Below are positions 61,448 to 64,000 of a DNA stretch of 64,000 nucleotides, in pieces (within the stretch, counting starts at the first letter, position 1; the number at the start of each line of letters is the position of its first letter). Origin of the DNA: Polyangia bacterium (GTDB lineage Bacteria > Myxococcota_A > Polyangia > Polyangiales > JAUICN01); assembly GCA_030427835.1 (NCBI GenBank), contig JAUICN010000003.1, forward strand, positions 246,526 through 310,525, in the 5' to 3' direction. Below the pieces are notes generated by a model, which searched no databases, had not been told where the DNA came from, and saw only the letters and a list, made by a program, of their open reading frames with translations. A program made the translations under genes and the position numbers.

Positions 61448-62203
61448 ATGGCGATGCGAGTTCATCCATCTCCTATGGCCGTCACACTCCTCTGTGCCGT
61501 CGCGGTTATGCCGAGCAAGGCTTCCGCCCAATGCGAAGGAACCGACGACTGCGAAATTGATGGCCAGTGCTACGCCGACCAAACCCCCAATCCCGCAAAC
61601 TCCTGCGAACTCTGCGATTCACTTACCAGCAATACCTCCTGGACCACTCAACCGGATGGCCATGCCTGTGATGACGGCGCATTCTGCACGATCAACGATG
61701 CATGTTTTCAGGGAACGTGCAGCGTTTCGCAAAGCAATGGTTGCAGTGGCGATGGCATCATGCCGAGTTGTGCCTATCCGGTCTGCAATGAGGCAACCGA
61801 TAGCTGCGATCTCGTCCTGACCGTCACCAATCCCGCAACCCATTGCCTCATCGAACACAAATGCATCCCCAGTGGCGCAAACGATGAGGCAGGGACGGTA
61901 CCCATGCCCTCACCCTGCACCCGATACTGCGATGTGAACGCAGACCTGTACAACTGGACCTTCTTTGCAGGGACCTGTGACGCAGGGGTATCCGATGGCG
62001 GCGCCAACGACAGCGGCACAGACGGATCCGACAACAACATCCTCTACCCGAACACGCAAAACCCCACCCGCATAGACGCTGGCGGTAGCGGCCTCTTCTG
62101 CTCCATGGGCCCACAATCCCATACCTCACCCGTGAAGCTAGCTTTTTATCTGTTCGCACTTGCGACAATCACGGCCCGCCGCCGCAGACGCAAAGGCGCC
62201 TAG
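61448..62203 (+). CDS. Secreted Cys-rich protein with MYXO-CTERM-like sorting tail (paralog 2)
   Basis: Signal ending ASA|Q, same 19-Cys pattern, tail GGSGLFC...LAFYLFALATITARRRRRK. Confidence 0.87.
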   Translation: MAMRVHPSPMAVTLLCAVAVMPSKASAQCEGTDDCEIDGQCYADQTPNPANSCELCDSLTSNTSWTTQPDGHACDDGAFCTINDACFQGTCSVSQSNGCSGDGIMPSCAYPVCNEATDSCDLVLTVTNPATHCLIEHKCIPSGANDEAGTVPMPSPCTRYCDVNADLYNWTFFAGTCDAGVSDGGANDSGTDGSDNNILYPNTQNPTRIDAGGSGLFCSMGPQSHTSPVKLAFYLFALATITARRRRRKGA

Positions 62204-62238
62204 GCTACGGGCTGCGGGCTGCGGGCTGCGGGCTGCGG
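62203..62238. repeat. 7-bp tandem repeat (5 copies) between convergent genes
   Basis: ggctacg followed by ggctgcg x4. Confidence 0.9.
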
Positions 62239-62245
62239 ATCCGAA

Positions 62246-63388
62246 CTACTGGGCGAGTTCAGACTTGGCGATCACGATTCGCATGATTTCGCTTGTGCCC
62301 TCGTAGATCTCGGTAATCCGAGCATCCCGGTAGTGGCGTTCCATGTCGTACTCCTTGGAATAGCCATAGCCACCAAACACCTGCATGGCCTGGTGGGTGA
62401 CGCGTGTGGCCATTTCTGATGCAAATAGTTTTGCTACCGCGGACTCCTGGGTATGACGAACACCACGGTTCTTCATGGAGCACGCCTGCCACAACAACAG
62501 GCGCGCGGCCTCAATCTCGGTAGCCATGTCTGCCAGCTTGAACTGAATCGCCTGCTTTTGACTCAAGGGAACACCAAAAGCTTTTCGCTCCTGGGAATAG
62601 GCCAACGCCTTTTCGTAGGCGGCCCGTGCAATGCCCAATGCCTGACAACCGATCCCGATCCGACCACCATCAAGTGCGGTCATGGCCACCCGAAATCCGC
62701 CACCCAGATCCCCCAACCGATAACGATCATGCACGCGACAATTCTCAAAAAACACCGTGCAAGAGTGGGCCCCGTGAATACCCATTTTTTCGTCTGGCTC
62801 CTGGCATGAAAACCCTGGCGTGCCCGTGGGCACCAAAAACGTGGTCACGCCCTTGGAACCCTTACTGCGGTCGGTCACCGCCATCACCACAATAAAATCC
62901 GCATGGGGCCCGTTAGTAATCCAGTTTTTGGATCCGGTGATGTTCCAGTGATCCCCATCCTGGGTAGCCACGGTGTCCATGGACGAAGCATCGGAGCCGC
63001 TACTGGGCTCGGTCAGGCCAAAACACCCCAGTGCCTTCCCCGAAGCCAGTTGGGTCAAAATCTCCTTACGCTGAAACTCATTTCCAAACTTGTGGATAGG
63101 ATCGCACACCAGGGAGTTGTTCACACTCATGATGACCCCCACGGACGCACAGGCGGCACTCACCTCTTCCATGGCGAGCGCATAGCCAAGCGCATCGCTA
63201 CCGGCGCCACCCCACTGCTCCGGAATCGACATGCCCATGAAGCCGAGGGCACCCATTTGCGCCACAAGATCCCCGGGCCACTGCCCCTCGCGGTCATGTA
63301 TGCGCGCGGCGGGAGCCACTTGCTTTTCTGCAAAATCCTTGGCCGTCTGTTGAATCAGCCGTTGTTCCTCGGTCAGTTCAAAATCCAT
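62246..63388 (-). CDS. Short/branched-chain acyl-CoA dehydrogenase
   Basis: FGLTEPSSGSD, GSKNWITN, LDGGRIGI, QVFGGYGY, IYEGTSEI. Confidence 0.96.
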   Translation of the reverse strand: MDFELTEEQRLIQQTAKDFAEKQVAPAARIHDREGQWPGDLVAQMGALGFMGMSIPEQWGGAGSDALGYALAMEEVSAACASVGVIMSVNNSLVCDPIHKFGNEFQRKEILTQLASGKALGCFGLTEPSSGSDASSMDTVATQDGDHWNITGSKNWITNGPHADFIVVMAVTDRSKGSKGVTTFLVPTGTPGFSCQEPDEKMGIHGAHSCTVFFENCRVHDRYRLGDLGGGFRVAMTALDGGRIGIGCQALGIARAAYEKALAYSQERKAFGVPLSQKQAIQFKLADMATEIEAARLLLWQACSMKNRGVRHTQESAVAKLFASEMATRVTHQAMQVFGGYGYSKEYDMERHYRDARITEIYEGTSEIMRIVIAKSELAQ

Positions 63389-63433
63389 GGTGCCTAGCCT
63401 AGCAGGCCCTGCCAGTTCCGGACATTCAAAGGC

Positions 63434-64000
63434 CTAGGGGGCCCTTAGAATACGAAATTCCACCCGTCGATTTAGGGATCTTCCCGCCGCTGAATCGTTG
63501 GGCGCCACTGGGGAAGCCGAACCAAAACCTTCATATTCTAGGCGTTTGGAATCCACGCCTCGATCCACCAAGTAGGCCACCACCGCCCGGGCCCGCCGGT
63601 AGGACAGATCCAGATTGTACCCCGGCTCCCCCTCGTTGTCGGTGTACCCCTCCACACGAAAATATCGATTCCCGGCCAACCCCGCAATAACATCCGCCAC
63701 CTGATCCAAAACCGGGCGACTGATCGACCGAATGGTGTCCTGATCAAACTCAAAGTAGATCCGTTCCGAAATCAGAATCCGGCTGTCCGTGACGGTCACA
63801 GTCACCCGATTGGGGCCCGGTTCGGGGCACCCGTCGTCGTCCTGATAGCCGTCCCGATCTTCCGGCTCCATGGGACAATCATCCAGAACGTCCACCACCT
63901 GGTCCTCATCGTTGTCGGGCTCTGGGCACCCGTCGCCGTCACGAAAACCATCCACATCCTCACCCACCCGCGGGCAAGGGTCGTCGATATCCGCGACACC
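63434..64000 (-). CDS. TSP3-repeat and OmpA-domain protein, C-terminal part (5' end beyond the window)
   Basis: DGCPEPDNDED..DDCP repeats, VEGYTD, YNLDLSYRRA, NRRVEF; frame open to the window edge. Confidence 0.9.
   Translation of the reverse strand, partial: GVADIDDPCPRVGEDVDGFRDGDGCPEPDNDEDQVVDVLDDCPMEPEDRDGYQDDDGCPEPGPNRVTVTVTDSRILISERIYFEFDQDTIRSISRPVLDQVADVIAGLAGNRYFRVEGYTDNEGEPGYNLDLSYRRARAVVAYLVDRGVDSKRLEYEGFGSASPVAPNDSAAGRSLNRRVEFRILRAP

Noticed and set aside
60626-62203. Naming the Cys-rich proteins traA
   Set aside because: They have no N-terminal variable domain, are short and lie downstream of the TraB-like gene; orthology cannot be shown by eye.

Overview
Gene-dense chromosomal window (about 50 complete or near-complete CDS plus one tRNA-Cys) from a myxobacterium (Myxococcota). 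The taxonomy is inferred from mglBA, a FrzS-like pseudo-receiver, an FHA-sigma54 activator, two Hanks-type kinases and MYXO-CTERM-like sorting tails. Most of it is housekeeping: topoisomerase IIA subunits, acnA, rimP-nusA-infB-rbfA-DHH-truB, eno, lgt, mutL-miaA, gcvT-H-PA, an acyl-CoA carboxyltransferase and purF. I found no mobile element or CRISPR array. Best leads: (1) a cell-surface locus at 58.7-64 kb, with a TraB-like barrel/TSP3/OmpA protein followed by two paralogous 19-Cys MYXO-CTERM-like proteins that lack a TraA-type variable head, and a second TSP3-OmpA gene converging on them; (2) a degenerate biotin-carboxylase-like protein that is probably a pseudoenzyme; (3) window-wide oddities: TAG ends 33 of 50 genes, strand skew is strong, short tandem duplications are common, and MutL lacks its endonuclease motifs; (4) an isobutyryl-CoA-mutase-type B12 enzyme, an SppA with a barrel-like N-terminal domain, and a DAACS transporter with a large inserted domain. 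All calls come from motif recognition by eye; no searches were run.
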